Shown: piece after piece, positions 1-12,227 of the stretch
How the letters are laid out: each line of letters opens with the position of its first letter
Numbering within the stretch: position 1 is the first letter of the stretch
From: Hypanus sabinus
Taxonomy: Eukaryota
Length of the DNA: 64,000 nt
Assembly: GCF_030144855.1 (NCBI RefSeq)
Contig: NC_082730.1
Coordinates: forward strand, 14,074,001 to 14,138,000
Reading direction: 5' to 3'
The notes under the pieces: generated by a model
Seen by the model: only the letters and a program-made list of their open reading frames with translations
Database searches by the model: none
Told to the model about the DNA's origin: nothing
Translations under genes and position numbers: made by a program

Positions 1-498
1 AAACACCTGGGACCAGTTTAGTGTCTTGGTGCTGTGAAGCAACATGCTGTTGTTGTACATTTAGTAGCGGGTCCTCACTGAGGATCACGGCCACTGAGTC
101 AAAAGCTGTTATTAAACATTCAGTAAATTTACTTTCTGCAAGCTGATTGAAATGATCAGGGTTTAATTAAATGGTGAAAACTGAGGGTGATTTGGTAGTT
201 GTCTGCAAGAGTATCAGATTGTGTTACAGAATAAAGAAGGTGTTTCCACTTACAAATGAGAATAGAGCGAGATATTAACATAAGATAGTTAATAAAAAAA
301 TCTCCAGGAACTTAAGACCTTAAGACCGTATGGATTAGGAGCTGAATTAGCCCATTTGGTCCATCAAGATTGCCGCATCCTTCAATCATGGCTGTTATAT
401 TTCCCCCTCACACAATTCTGCTACCTTCCCCCTGTGACTTTTCACACCCTCAACTTTCACATCCATCAGTCATAAAATAGAACTTGGATTTTTTTCAG

Positions 499-753
499 GA
501 AATGGCCACGATTGAAAAAAATGTCACTTATGCAGATCTACACCATGTTCAAAACAATGAGGCAGCTGCCCAGTTGGCTAACAATGAAAATGGAATTGTG
601 TGTGCAAAAGTGGAATATACAGGGAAATCTGGAGCATTACACTCTGTTACTGATGTGGACAACGTCAACTACACAGATATCAAATTCGAATATCAACCAG
701 CAAAACACAAACGGAAAGCTTTCTCTCCTGGGACTCCATGGAACTTGGAATAA
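499..753 (+). CDS. Terminal exon of an inhibitory Ig-superfamily receptor (ITIM tail); upstream exons lie outside the window
   Basis: Acceptor ttttttcag at 496-498 (phase 0). Encodes EMATIEKNVTYADL...IVCAKV...VNYTDI...PWNLE*, with two canonical ITIMs (VTYADL, VNYTDI). AATAAA at 1078-1083. Confidence 0.75.
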   Translation, partial: EMATIEKNVTYADLHHVQNNEAAAQLANNENGIVCAKVEYTGKSGALHSVTDVDNVNYTDIKFEYQPAKHKRKAFSPGTPWNLE

Positions 754-3700
754 ATTTGATAAAGTAATTCTGTGGATCAATGAAGGCAGAAGAGTTATGC
801 TTGGTGGCCATTTTACACTTGTACACCTGCTTGTTAATACAAATGCCTAATCAGCCAATCGTGTGGCAGCAACTCAATACATAACAGTACACATCAGCTG
901 ATGAATAGCTGTCACATTCCTGTCAGATTGAACCAGTCTCACCATTGTCCACTACTGGAACTCAGTTTATTTTCTAATCCTTTGGGTTCTTCCATGATTC
1001 AGGAAAGATGAACAGCCTTAATTCTAATGATCATTTATTGTGAAGTACAAACAAACATACAAATACTAAGCAAACTAAATAAAGAGCTAAGAAGTAAGTG
1101 AGCAGTAATGAATGCGAAGACAAAAAGATGGCACATCTGAAAAATATATTACTTTTAAAGTTAAGATTAAGGAAGTTCCATTGATAGAAATAAATCAGTT
1201 AATGGGCTACATAATTAAAACCCCTGTCACTGTTTTCGATGAACTATGCACTTTCCTTTCTTGGTCACGCTGTAGCATTACGCACACTAGCACCATATCA
1301 TTCACAGTATAAGTCCAATGGTGGCTTGACTTTACAAAATTCATCATCACACACTTAGATGTATTGAAATCCATTTGCCATTCCTCTTTCCACTTTCCTA
1401 ACTGATAAAGATTCTCCTATAATCTACACTAACCTTCTCTCCTATCATTAGCATCTCCTAATTTTCTGCTCTTCACAAACTTAATTGTGCACTTGCATCT
1501 ATATGACTGATATAAATAAAAAGGGCCCTGATACTGATCCTTGTGACATGACACGAGTCACCATACTTCATTCAAACACCACCTCTGCTTCCTACCTCAA
1601 GCCAATGTTGATTCCTCCTCACTATCTCTCCCTGGATTCCATGGGGACCAGCTTTATGGAGCCTTGTTGAAAGCCTTGCTAGCTAAGGTCCAAGTAGACA
1701 GCATTCAAGACTCAAAGATTCATTAGGCGTGGCATTCCTTGAGAAAATGATTGTGTGATCTACTCTTTCTGTGCCTCTCATGATTCTCTAGCTCTCTATA
1801 AGATCAATAGACCTCTAGAAGGTCATTGAAGCAAAGAATATCTCACCTGAACCCCAGCTGGTGACGACCTGAGTTTGGGGCAGGGCTCAAAAACAACACT
1901 GAGATTTCTCCTATTGAGAATGTCACACCGCACTGACCATTGTAAGGACCAACTCTCTCATTTTACTCAAGATCCATCGTTCTCTTCAATTGTTAATTGA
2001 CCTTCGAGCTCTTTATCCAATGATTGTCCATTTGATCAAGCTGAACAAATGTTTCCTTTTAGTTGAACATGAGAGTCTCCTCTGTGCCCTCTATAAAGTT
2101 TTCACATTCTTCATATAATGAGATAAGCAGAATTGAATGCAATGCTCTATGTCTCGTGTAACCAGGGTTTTATAGCATTGCCACTATACCTGATGTCTTT
2201 TAAGCTCAATCCCCCAATTAATGAAGGCCAACACAACATATACATTATTTCAAGCAGTTTAACCAGTAAATATATTTAAGGCACGGTTGGATAGATTTTC
2301 ACGTAGTAGGGGAATTAAAGGGGATAGGGGAAATGCAGGATGGTGGAGTTGAGTCCATTGGCAGATCAGCCATGTTTCATGTTCCGGTCCATTAACTGCT
2401 CATTTCAGTTAATTTCTATTTCCCCATGTTCCATTGGGCTCTTTAATTAGGGCACCTGATCCTCATTCGAACCAGCAGCATAAAATAGCCAGCTTACTCA
2501 TAAAACCACTCGCTGCTGGTTCGTCACCTCAGCAGGGTGGCTAGACTCGTTCCGAGCTGCCGAGGGTGGGGGAAGTTGAGAGCCTGTGATCCACAGTTCC
2601 TGGGTCGTGTAGAGAACCTCGTGTCCAGCTGAGTGTTGCCGGCCGTTTTGCCACTGCTCCAAGCCGGGATGCGAGTGGTCTGTCGTTGTTTAGTTTAGTC
2701 GTCTCGTTTCCAGCTGAGTAGTTCCGGCCATTTGCCCCTACTCCGAGTTGGGAATTCTGTCTCTTTCGTGTCCAGCTAAGTGATTTGCTGGCCGTTTGCC
2801 GCTTCATGAGCTTCTCCGTGTCAAGATTCATATTGTCTGTTGTTGTTCGTTTTGTCATCTCTGTGTAACACTCGAGTCCACGTCCTGGCTCTGTGTTCCA
2901 CTCAAGTCCAAGTACGTGGAACACACTGTCAGCACTGGTGGTAAAGGGAGATACAGTAGGGACATTGAAGAGATCTCGCCCACCTGTCACCTCCAAGCTA
3001 CTTCGATCATCTCCCTTCACACATCTACCCACCATCCACTCCACCCCCTCCTCTCAGCTTCTTCTTCTGGCTTTTGCTCCCTCACTATGCCATCCTAGTG
3101 AAGGGTCTTGGCGTGAAATGTTGACTGCTTATTCTTCTCCATAGATGCTGCCTGACCTGCTAAATGCCTTCAATATTTTGCGTGCATTACTCCCCAGTAT
3201 CACCTCAACTCCCCCTTGATTCTCCCAGTCACCTACCAACTAATGGCTATTGACAGTGGTCAATTAACCTGGAGGCCTTTAAAGCTACTAACATAACCAG
3301 GGAACCCTACCACATGGGTCATTCTCTCTTCTCCCCATTCCTGTTGGGCAAAAGATATAGCCGCTCAAGAATACAAGGACAGCTGTGGTCCGCTGTTATA
3401 AGACTCTTGAAGTGTCCTCTCTTGAAATAGAAATGTACTTTAGATCTCATAAACCACGATTTGAACTGATGCAAAATGGCGGATCTCAATGTATGTCTTA
3501 ATGTACATGTGATAAATACACCCTATGGCTACTTTATTCAGTTACTCCTGCACCCTTAGACAGTGACCACTGTGTGGACACCTGTGGTCTTCTGCTACCA
3601 CAGTCCATCCATTTCACGATTCAACATGTCATCCATTCAGTGATGCGCCTCTGCATTCCACTGTTGCAACATTGAGTTACTGTCACTTCCCCGCATGCTT

Positions 3701-4284
3701 TTAAGCATTGAGTTGCCGCCACATGATTTGTTGATCCGTTTTTGCATTAATGAGCAGGTGTAAAAGGGTGGCTAATAAAATGGCCATTGAGTGTAGATGA
3801 TGCATTTTGACATTGCGTTTCCATTGTACCACATTCCAACGATGCTCAGGTTGGTGTTAGCAATTCACGGGTAAGCTATCTTGGCGCTGGAAGCATGAGA
3901 CACTTGCTCGCTGCCCCCAGCATGTATTCTGTTGGTTGTTTTTGTAAACTATGTATTTCACTCTGTGCTCTGGTGTATATCTGACAAATAAATCTCATCT
4001 TTAATCTTTAAATGTGCATTGAGTAACAGATAATTTTTGGTTCACCATGCCCAAGTACTACTGGTCCAACAATTGTGGTCTCTTGTTCTTGCAAGTACAA
4101 AAGTTGAAATTGAAGTTTCGAAGTCCTGATGAAGGATCTCAGCCGGAAACTTTGACTAGTCACTATTTTCCATAGTTGCTGCCTAGCCTGCAGACTTCTT
4201 CCAGAATTTTGTGTGTTCTGACTGTATTTCCAACATCTGCAGATTTTTGCTTGTTTGAAATTGAGTGTTATTTTCTTTTAACAG

Positions 4285-4367
4285 GACCAGTTCATTTCTG
4301 TGAAAAAACTGTGACAGAATTGATGATAACTACACAAAGGGAAGAATCCTCATCAGATAAAATGTGA
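4285..4367 (+). pseudogene. Possible orphan Thr/Glu-rich stalk exon (paralog at ~54285-54364, - strand)
   Basis: ttttcttttaacag|GPVHFCEKTVTELMITTQREESSS; paralog GLICFCENTVTESMTTAELEESTS. Donor unclear. Confidence 0.35.
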
Positions 4368-4746
4368 AATATAAGGTTCTCTGTACAGGTGGTTTCACTA
4401 CGACTGCTTCCAAACAGAGCCAGTTTGGAGAGAAATCTGTTTTTCTTTAGCATGTTAAACTTGTTTGACATGATTATCTTCAAAGAAATCATGAATTAGA
4501 AACCGAGTATTCCTGATTTTCTTGTACAGGTGTCAAGTCTGAGGTCAAAGATAATTTTCTTACCCTAAACATTTGATAATTTCAACATAGAAGTGCAGTT
4601 CTTGTCATCTCAATATAGGAAGGGAGTAAAAGCTTTACTAGAGGCTCACCAGGATGCTACCTGGTATAGACAACATGTGTGAGGATAGCTTGAGTGAGCT
4701 AGGGCCTTTCTCTTTGGACAAAGGGGTTACGAGACATACTCTAATA

Positions 4747-5430
4747 TATATGGTTGTCTCTTGGGGTCCAAGGAAGACTACATTGTGCAGGGTGGCAGTG
4801 TTATTTTTTACGAGGCCAATTTGCAAGCTCAACATTAACCCGGCACGGATGGAGTGCGCGCTCAGGGGTGGTCTGTCATTGACTCGAACTCAGGAACCTC
4901 CGTTCTTGTGCCCGGCGCTGATCTCACTGCGCCACAGCTGGCTTTACACAATGTTACCAGAGCGTGTAATATATTAAAGTGAAAAAGAGACGATCCCACT
5001 CTCTTGTCCTCAGGAGTCAGGATCCAGTGGCACGAAGAATTGTTACGTCTGGCAACTTACTTGGCTGCATTGGATGGCTGCGTCTTCTTGAGTGCTCGGC
5101 CACGCTCTACGCACTCCACAATGTGCTGCTGCAACGCCTTCTCAGCCGTTGAACCCCCGGGGTTTCCTCTGCCTGATCCACCGAAGCAGCCTTCGCATGC
5201 TGGGATGAGCAAATTCCTATCTCACCAAGGGTTTCAGACCCGCAGGCTACCCTCACCTGGTTTAGCCGGCCTGTCGAAGCCGTTGCCCGAGCTGTGGCCG
5301 TTGTCGCATCCACACAGCTACAAGGAACCATAGGTGAGAGCTGAGCGATGGGGGGGACCAATAGATGATGGGCAACTCCAAGGAGTGCGACAAGCCCCCA
5401 TCTAGAGGTGCTACCCCTCCCATGCACCTC
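4747..5430 (-). mobile_element. Composite retro-insertion (RTE-like 5' part plus tRNA-derived SINE) with 13-bp TSD
   Basis: TSD acatactctaata at 4734-4746 and 5431-5443. A/B-box-like tggcgcagtgag and gagttcgagtc on the - strand at ~4883-4943. Empty site at ~53915-53930. Confidence 0.65.
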
Positions 5431-5690
5431 ACATACTCTAATAATAATGTAAGTAATGAATATATACTCTGATAATAAATTTATTTTGAACTGTAAGATG
5501 AGAAGTCATAAATTTAGTTATGGGGAAAAGTATAGGTGGGCTGTCAGAGCGAGGATTCTTACACAGAGAATGGCAAGTGCTTGGAATATGCTTCCAGGTA
5601 CGGTAGAGAGAAGTACATTTGGAAGATTTAAGGTAGGCACATGAGCAAAGCAATATTAAGGGCTATGTGGGAGGAAAGGGTTAGATTATC

Positions 5691-6354
5691 TTTCTTTCTT
5701 TCTTTTTCAATCTTTTTATTAAATTTCATATAAAAAAAACAACACATAATAATGAATAGATTACAAATTCAATAAACTTGAGATTACATTAGTAATAGGA
5801 TAATAATATCCTATTAAACATCAATCAACAAAAGGTACATAAATCAATCAAGTCTATATAGATATATATGAAAAAAAACAAAAATAATCATCAAAAAAGA
5901 AAAAAAAATTGAAATTATATATGAGAAAAAATATATATTGAAAAAAAAATACTAAACTAAACTAACATGGGCGATAATAGCACTTTATAAATATATGAAG
6001 GTGTCAAGAAAAGAACTCCGGAACTCCATACCTGAACAAGGATAAGTAGAGAAAAGGATCTGAAATAGGCCAAATTAATTCATATGAAAGTGTCGAATAA
6101 ATGGTCCCCAGGTTTCTTCAAATTTAATTGAAGAATCAAAGATAGTGCTTCTAATTTTTTCCAAACTCAGATAAGAAATAGTTTGGGAGAACCACTGAAA
6201 TGTAGTAGGAGGATTTACTTCTTTCCAGTTTTGTAATATAGACCTTCTGGCAATTAATGTTACAAAGGCAATCATTCGTCTGATTTTTTTGATGTCATTT
6301 CCTCAGTATGGAATATCGATTTTATTACTGCAATTTTCGGTATACCAAATGAAG
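5691..6354 (-). mobile_element. 5'-truncated L1-clade LINE with inverted 5' segment and 14-bp TSD
   Basis: ORF2 C-terminus MIAFVTLIARRSILQNWK...LEKIR; (GAAA)n tail; TSD agggttagattatc at 5677-5690 and 6355-6368. Confidence 0.85.
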
Positions 6355-6743
6355 AGGGTTAGATTATCATTGGAATAGGTTAAAGGGCCAGCACAACATG
6401 ATAGGCCAAAGAGCCTGTATGTTGCTGTGCTGTTCTATGATATATCTGCTTTTCCTTTATATACTTGTTTTGCTTATTTGTTTCCTTCTCTATTATCATC
6501 ATAACGTGAATTTATCTTGCTTACATCAACTTACTTTTTCTGCATGTTCTCATTATTTTACCCTTTAAATCAGGATTTCCCATCCTGGGGTCCATGGATC
6601 CGTTGCTTAATACTATTGGTCCATAGCATAAAAAAGGATGGAACCCCTACTCTAAATGCTCGTATTGGCAAATTCCCTTCATGCACTCTTTGCGTGAACC
6701 GCTTGTACATTGTTCATCTTGATTCCTCCATCCCCTTTTGCAG

Positions 6744-6839
6744 AAATCTGATCAATCAGATCCTCACCATTTGATCCAACAGAAAAAGAGAAGGATCCCA
6801 GATTACACCAACCGTGGGGGAGTTTCGCACCAAGATTAG
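6744..6839 (+). pseudogene. Orphan paralogous terminal exon
   Basis: ttttgcag|KSDQSDPHHLIQQKKRRIPDYTNRGGVSHQD*; AATAAA at 7159-7164; upstream intron homology lost at ~6733. Confidence 0.6.
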
Positions 6840-7879
6840 GTGACATTATTCATCCTGTTTTGTGGAACTTTTATACAGAATTGATCTCTTATCATTAAAT
6901 CATTGAATTTCATTAATGAAGTAGAAATGAAACAAAATAATCTTGTCATGCTTCAAGCTAGTGGCTTCGTATAATAGAATTTCACTTGCAGCACTTCATC
7001 AACGCTGTTCTTAAAATTACGACACCTTCTCAAGATTTCCTGCATCACACCAGCATCAATTTTTAAACTTTGTGTGGTCGTGAACTGTTTAACATTCTTG
7101 TATTATGTTAAAATCTGTTCTGCAGATTCAAATTGCTGCCTTCACTGTTGTTCATTTGAATAAAGAATTATTAATTTATTAACGAAAATGCTTCTACGCA
7201 AAGTTCCGCTTTCAATGAAGAATGTATTCATTTGCTCTGTTTAAAGTATGACTCCACTCATGAATTCAGGGTCCTAGATTTTCTTTCAGGTGCCAGCAGT
7301 TGGAAACTTTTAGGAGAGGGAATTAAATAGTCTTCAGATCATGAGATCCCATATTACAGCTAGGCACATATTTTACTTAATTATTTAGGAACATCAATAC
7401 ACAGAGAACACTGCAATGTCATTCACAATGAGTACAATTACTGTCGAGGTTCTTGAGTTGTCGAGGAAAGTTCTTGAGGAAACTGATCAATGAAAAGTAA
7501 TGCCGAGTACTGAATAATACGAGTATTTCCATCAATTTCAGGTTTCTTTTCAGCTAGGACCTTATATATTTAGGGGCATCAATACACAGAGAACACCACA
7601 ATGTTATTCATAATGAGCACAATTACTGTCAATGTACAATGTCCTTAAGGACCCTGATCAATGGAAATTAACGCTGGGTACTGAATAATATCAAATGGAT
7701 GACTACACCATATGTGCTGAGCACAATCTTATCATCACAAGCACCCTCTTCCACCAGAAAAACAAACTGAAGGCGCTTTGTCAGCATGCCTGATCTACAC
7801 AGTGCTATCTCATTTTACATTTGGAAGATTTAAGGTAGGCACATGAGCAAAGCAATATTAAGGGCTATGTGGGAGGAAA

Positions 7880-8380
7880 TTGTCAGGACTTTTCCAGTCG
7901 ACGTTTTAAGAAGCAGTCAACGTTTTGGGTCGAAACCCATTGTCAGGACTAAAGAAGGAGGGGCAGGGGCCCTATAAAGAAGGTGGGGAGAGGGTGGAAA
8001 ACCAATCAGAGGAAAGATCAAGGGGTAGGGGAGGGGAAGCAGGGAGGGGATAGGCAGGAGAGGTGAAGAAGGAATGTAAGGGGAAAGCGTTATGGGTAGT
8101 AGTAGAAGGCAGAGTCATGAGAGGTGATAGGTAGCTAGAGGAGGAGAGAGGTGGGATGGGGAAGGGAGAGGGAGGGAATTACCGGAAGTTGGAGAATTCG
8201 ATGTTCATACTAAGGAGCTGGTGACTACTCAGACTATCCACCCTCTCCCCACATTCTTTATAGGGCCCATGCCCCCTCCTTCTTTAGTCCTGACAAAGGG
8301 TTTCGACCCAAAACATTGACTGCTTCTTTCAACGGATGCTGCCCGACCTGTTGAGTTCATCCAGCTTTTTTGTATGTCAT
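7880..8380. mobile_element. Penelope-like element terminal fragment with inverted repeats
   Basis: Arms ~7909-7998 and ~8237-8328 are reverse complements; the purine-rich body resembles 29200-29570. Confidence 0.7.
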
Positions 8381-8929
8381 GATTGGCAAACTGATCACTG
8401 AACAGACTGTTGTCTGACTCAAGCCACCATGTCATAGGGACATAGAAATGTCCAGTACATTAACAGGCCCGTAGGAATATATCATCCAAACTGAGGCATT
8501 TAAAAAGGCCTATTTTCACTTAACAGAATTTGTTTGTCTACAACTATTAAATCTTCTCTCAATCTTCTCCATTCCAAGGAATAAAGTCCTAATGTTTTCA
8601 ATCTTTCATATAACTCAGTTCCTCCAGTCCAAGCAACATCCTTGTAAATTTTCTCTGTCATCACACAATACAGAAACCAGGCCTTACCAACGTCAGGTAC
8701 AACTTCAACATAATATCCCACCTCCTGCACTCAACATTTACATCTTTGTATTAATGAAGGCCAATGTGCTAAAAGCTTTCTGAAGATCCTATCAACCTTT
8801 AAGACCACTTTCAATGAATTATGGACCTTTATTCCCAGATCCGTTTGGTCTACCACACTCCTCATTGCCCTACCATTCGCTCTGTAAGACCTGCCCTGCT
8901 TGTCCCTCCTGGAGTCCAAACACCTCATG

Positions 8930-10340
8930 GACTCTCGACAGAGAAGGAGGTGATTGCTGTCTTGAGACAAATTATGGTGGATAAATCCAAACAGCCTGAC
9001 AAATTGTTCCCTTGAGCGCAGAAACTGCTTGGGCCCTAGCAGAGGTAATTAAATTATCTTTAGCAACAGGTGACGTACCGGAGGATGGAGGATAAACAAT
9101 TTTGCTCCACTGTTTAAAAAGGGCTCTAAAAATAAACCAGGAAATTGCAGGTTGATGCACCTGGCTTCAGTAGTGGGAAAGCTATTGGGACGTATTCTAA
9201 ATGACAAGATACATGAGAATTTGGATCAACATGGACTGATTAAGGAAAGTCAGCATGGCTTCATGCAAGGTCAGTTATATCTAACCAATCTTATAGAGTT
9301 TTGTGAGGAATTTGCCAGGAAAGCTGATGAAGACAAGGCAGTGGATCTCCTACATAGACTTTAGCAAAACATTTGAGAGTGTTCCGTGTGAAAGGTTCGT
9401 CAAGAAGTTTCATTCGCTCGGCATTCAAGCTGAGGTAACAAATTGGATTAGACATCGGCTTTGTGAGAGAAGCCAAAGAGTGGTAGTAGATGTTTTTTTC
9501 TCCAGCTGTACGTCTGTGATTGAGCAATGTGCTGGGTCCATTCTTGTTTGTCATCTATATCAATGATGGACGATAATGTGGTTAACAGGGTCAACAAATT
9601 TGTGGATGGCACCATGATTGGGAGTGTAGCGGACAGCACGAAAGAGTATCATGCCTTTCAGCAGGCTCTGATGCAGCTGGATAAATGGGCTGAAAAATGG
9701 CAGATGGGATTTAATGTCGACAAGTTTGAGGTGATGCATTTCAGGAGAAGCACGCAGGGTGGATCTTACACAGTGAATAGTAGGGCACTGAGGAGTGTGG
9801 GAGAACAAAAGGGTCTGGGAAGAAAGGTCCATAATTCATTATAAGTGCTGTCACTTGTTGATAGGGTCTTGAGAAATCTTTTGGGAAACTGGCCTTCATT
9901 AATAAAACAAATCTAAATATTGAGTCCTGGAGATGGGATGTTATGTTGAAGTTGTATATGACATTGGTAAGTCCTAGTTTGGAGTATTATATGATTACAA
10001 AAAATATTTACAAGGAAGTTGCTTTGTCTGGAGGACCTGAGTTATATGAAAGATTGAATACATTAGGACTTTAGTCCATGGAGTGGAGAAGATCGAGAGG
10101 AGATTTGATAGATATATACATAGAAATGATGATAGGTGAAAATAGGGAATTTTTCACTTACGTTGGGCAGGACTACAACAAAAGGTCATGGGTTAAGGGT
10201 GAAAGGAGAAAAAATTTAATGGGAATTTGACGAGTAACCTGTTCACTCAGAGAGCTGTGAGAGCATGGAATGAGCTGCTACCACAAGTGGTGCATGCAGG
10301 CTGGATTTCAACACTTAAGAGAAGTTTGGATGGATCCCTA
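8930..10340 (+). mobile_element. CR1 LINE ORF2 (RT) 3' part, decayed
   Basis: SVVGKLL...SQHGF...LTNLIEF, DFSKTF, KFVDGT, WAEKWQMGFNVDK motifs. Confidence 0.9.
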
Positions 10341-10384
10341 GCTCAGACAATGAGATCATCAATGATATACCACTGAGTTAAGTT

Positions 10385-11965
10385 GTCTTAAAGGTTGATA
10401 GGATCTTCAGAAAGCTGTTAGCACATTGGCCTTCATTAGTAACAAATTGTAAATGTTGAGTACAGGAGGCGAGATGTTATGTTGAAGTTGTACATGTCAT
10501 TGGTAAGGCCTGGCTTGTGTATTGTGTGATTACGGAGAAAATTTACAAGGATGTTGCTTGGACTGGAGGAACTGAGCTATATGGAAAGATTGAAAACATT
10601 AGGACTTTATTCTTTGGAGTGGTGAAGATCAAGAGGAGATTTGATAGAAGTATACAAACAAATTATGCTAGGTGAAAATAGGGCTTTTAAAATGCCTTGA
10701 TTTGGATGAGATAGTCCTAAAGGCCTGTGAATGTACTGGACTTTTCTGTGTCCCTATGACATGGTGGAGTGGATCAGACATTGGTCTGTCCAGCAATCAA
10801 TTTGTCAATCATGGCCCTTGTGATATACACATCACAGCAGTTCCTATTTCAGACTATGACATAGTGAATGGGATACCACTGTGTTGATCAGGTATGGTGA
10901 CAAAGCGCCTTCAATTTGTTTTTCTGGTGGAAGAAGGTGCTTGTGATGATAAGATTGTGCTCAGCACATATGGTGTAGTCATCCATTTGTTATTATTCAG
11001 TACCCGGCGTTAATTTCCATTGATCAGTGTCCTCAAGAACTTTGGACATTAGCAGTAATTGTGCTCATTATGAATAACATTGTGATGTTCTCTGTGTATT
11101 GATACTCCTAAATAATTCAGTAAAATAAGTGCCTAGCTGAAAAGAAACCAGAAATTGATGGAAGTGCTCAGCAGGTTAGCCAGCAACTGCAGTAGAATGA
11201 GAATAATAAAGCTACTGCTTCAGGTCAGCATTTTTCAATTAAAATTTTTCTGATGGGATCTCATGATCTGAAAACTATTTAATTCCCTCACCTAAAAGTT
11301 TCCAACTGCTGGCACCTGAGGGAAAATCTAGGACCCTGAATTCATGAATGGAGTCATATCTTAAACAGAGCAAATGAATACATTCTTCATTGAAAGTGGA
11401 ACTTTTTGCAGAAGCATTTTTGTTAATGAATTAATAATTGTTTATTCAAATGAACAACAGTGAATGCAGCAATTTGAATCTACAGAACAGGTGTTAACAT
11501 AGTACATGAATGTTAAACAGTTCACAATCACAAAGGTTAAAAATAGATGTTGAGGTGATGCAGGAAATCTTGAGAAGGTGTAATATTAAGATCAGTGTAG
11601 ATGAAGTGCTGCAATTGAATTTCTATTACACAAAGCCACTATCTTGAAGCATGACAAGATTATTTTGTTTCTTTTCTACTTCATTAATGAAATTCAATCA
11701 CTTATTGACAAGAGATTAATTCTGTATAAAAGTCCCACAAAGCGAATGAATACTGACACTTAATCTTGGTGCGAAACTCCCCCACTGTCGGTGTAATCTG
11801 GGATCCTTCTCTTTTTCTGTTGGACCAAACGGTGAGGATCGGATTGATCAGATTTCTGTAAAAGAAAGGGTGAAATTATCAGATTGATTGACACAGGGAA
11901 CCATGCATTACTGTCTGAATCTATGCACCTGTGACATTGCATTCATTGCACTGATGCATACACGT
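10385..11965. repeat. Right arm of local inverted duplication (segment Y)
   Basis: Matches 6733-8815 and 51295-52457 in reverse orientation. Confidence 0.85.
11760..11855 (-). CDS. Terminal cytoplasmic exon (31 aa, no ITIM)
   Basis: ctttcttttacag|KSDQSDPHRLVQQKKRRIPDYTDSGGVSHQD*; phase 0 matches the TM exon; AATAAA at 11441-11446 (-). Confidence 0.7.
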   Translation of the reverse strand, partial: KSDQSDPHRLVQQKKRRIPDYTDSGGVSHQD

Positions 11966-12227
11966 GCTTGTGCATTGGAGAATAAAGTGCAAGTTGACTT
12001 TGATTTACATTTCATGCGGGCACCTGGCAACAGAATTCTGCTGAAACACGGTGTCCAATATGATTTCATGTAGATCACTGGACTTCATTCTACACGTGGA
12101 TAGAGTGTGAAAACCTATCGCATCTTCATGGAACACTGGTTTAACAAAACATTTAAAGTTCATTTGTGAATCTTTTTTACTTTAAATAGCCAATATATTT
12201 GAAAGAATTTGGTGTAAAAAAGGATGG

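Larger units (their letters stand above)
2875..6733. repeat. Segmental duplication X, inverted relative to ~53305-55415
   Basis: Collinear reverse-complement matches (3300-3500/54780-54980; 4285-4730/53935-54365; 6370-6733/53305-53690) and paired ORFs 2893+/55130- and 6517+/53267-. Confidence 0.9.
6733..8815. repeat. Left arm of local inverted duplication (segment Y)
   Basis: Reverse complement of ~10385-11868, interrupted by 7816-8380. Confidence 0.85.

Noticed and set aside
2373-2870. Possible LTR (TG...CA, internal repeats)
   Set aside because: No TSD found and the right end coincides with a duplication breakpoint, so it cannot be classified.
4883-4943. tRNA gene
   Set aside because: Only A/B-box-like motifs in a SINE head within a TSD-flanked insertion; no convincing cloverleaf.
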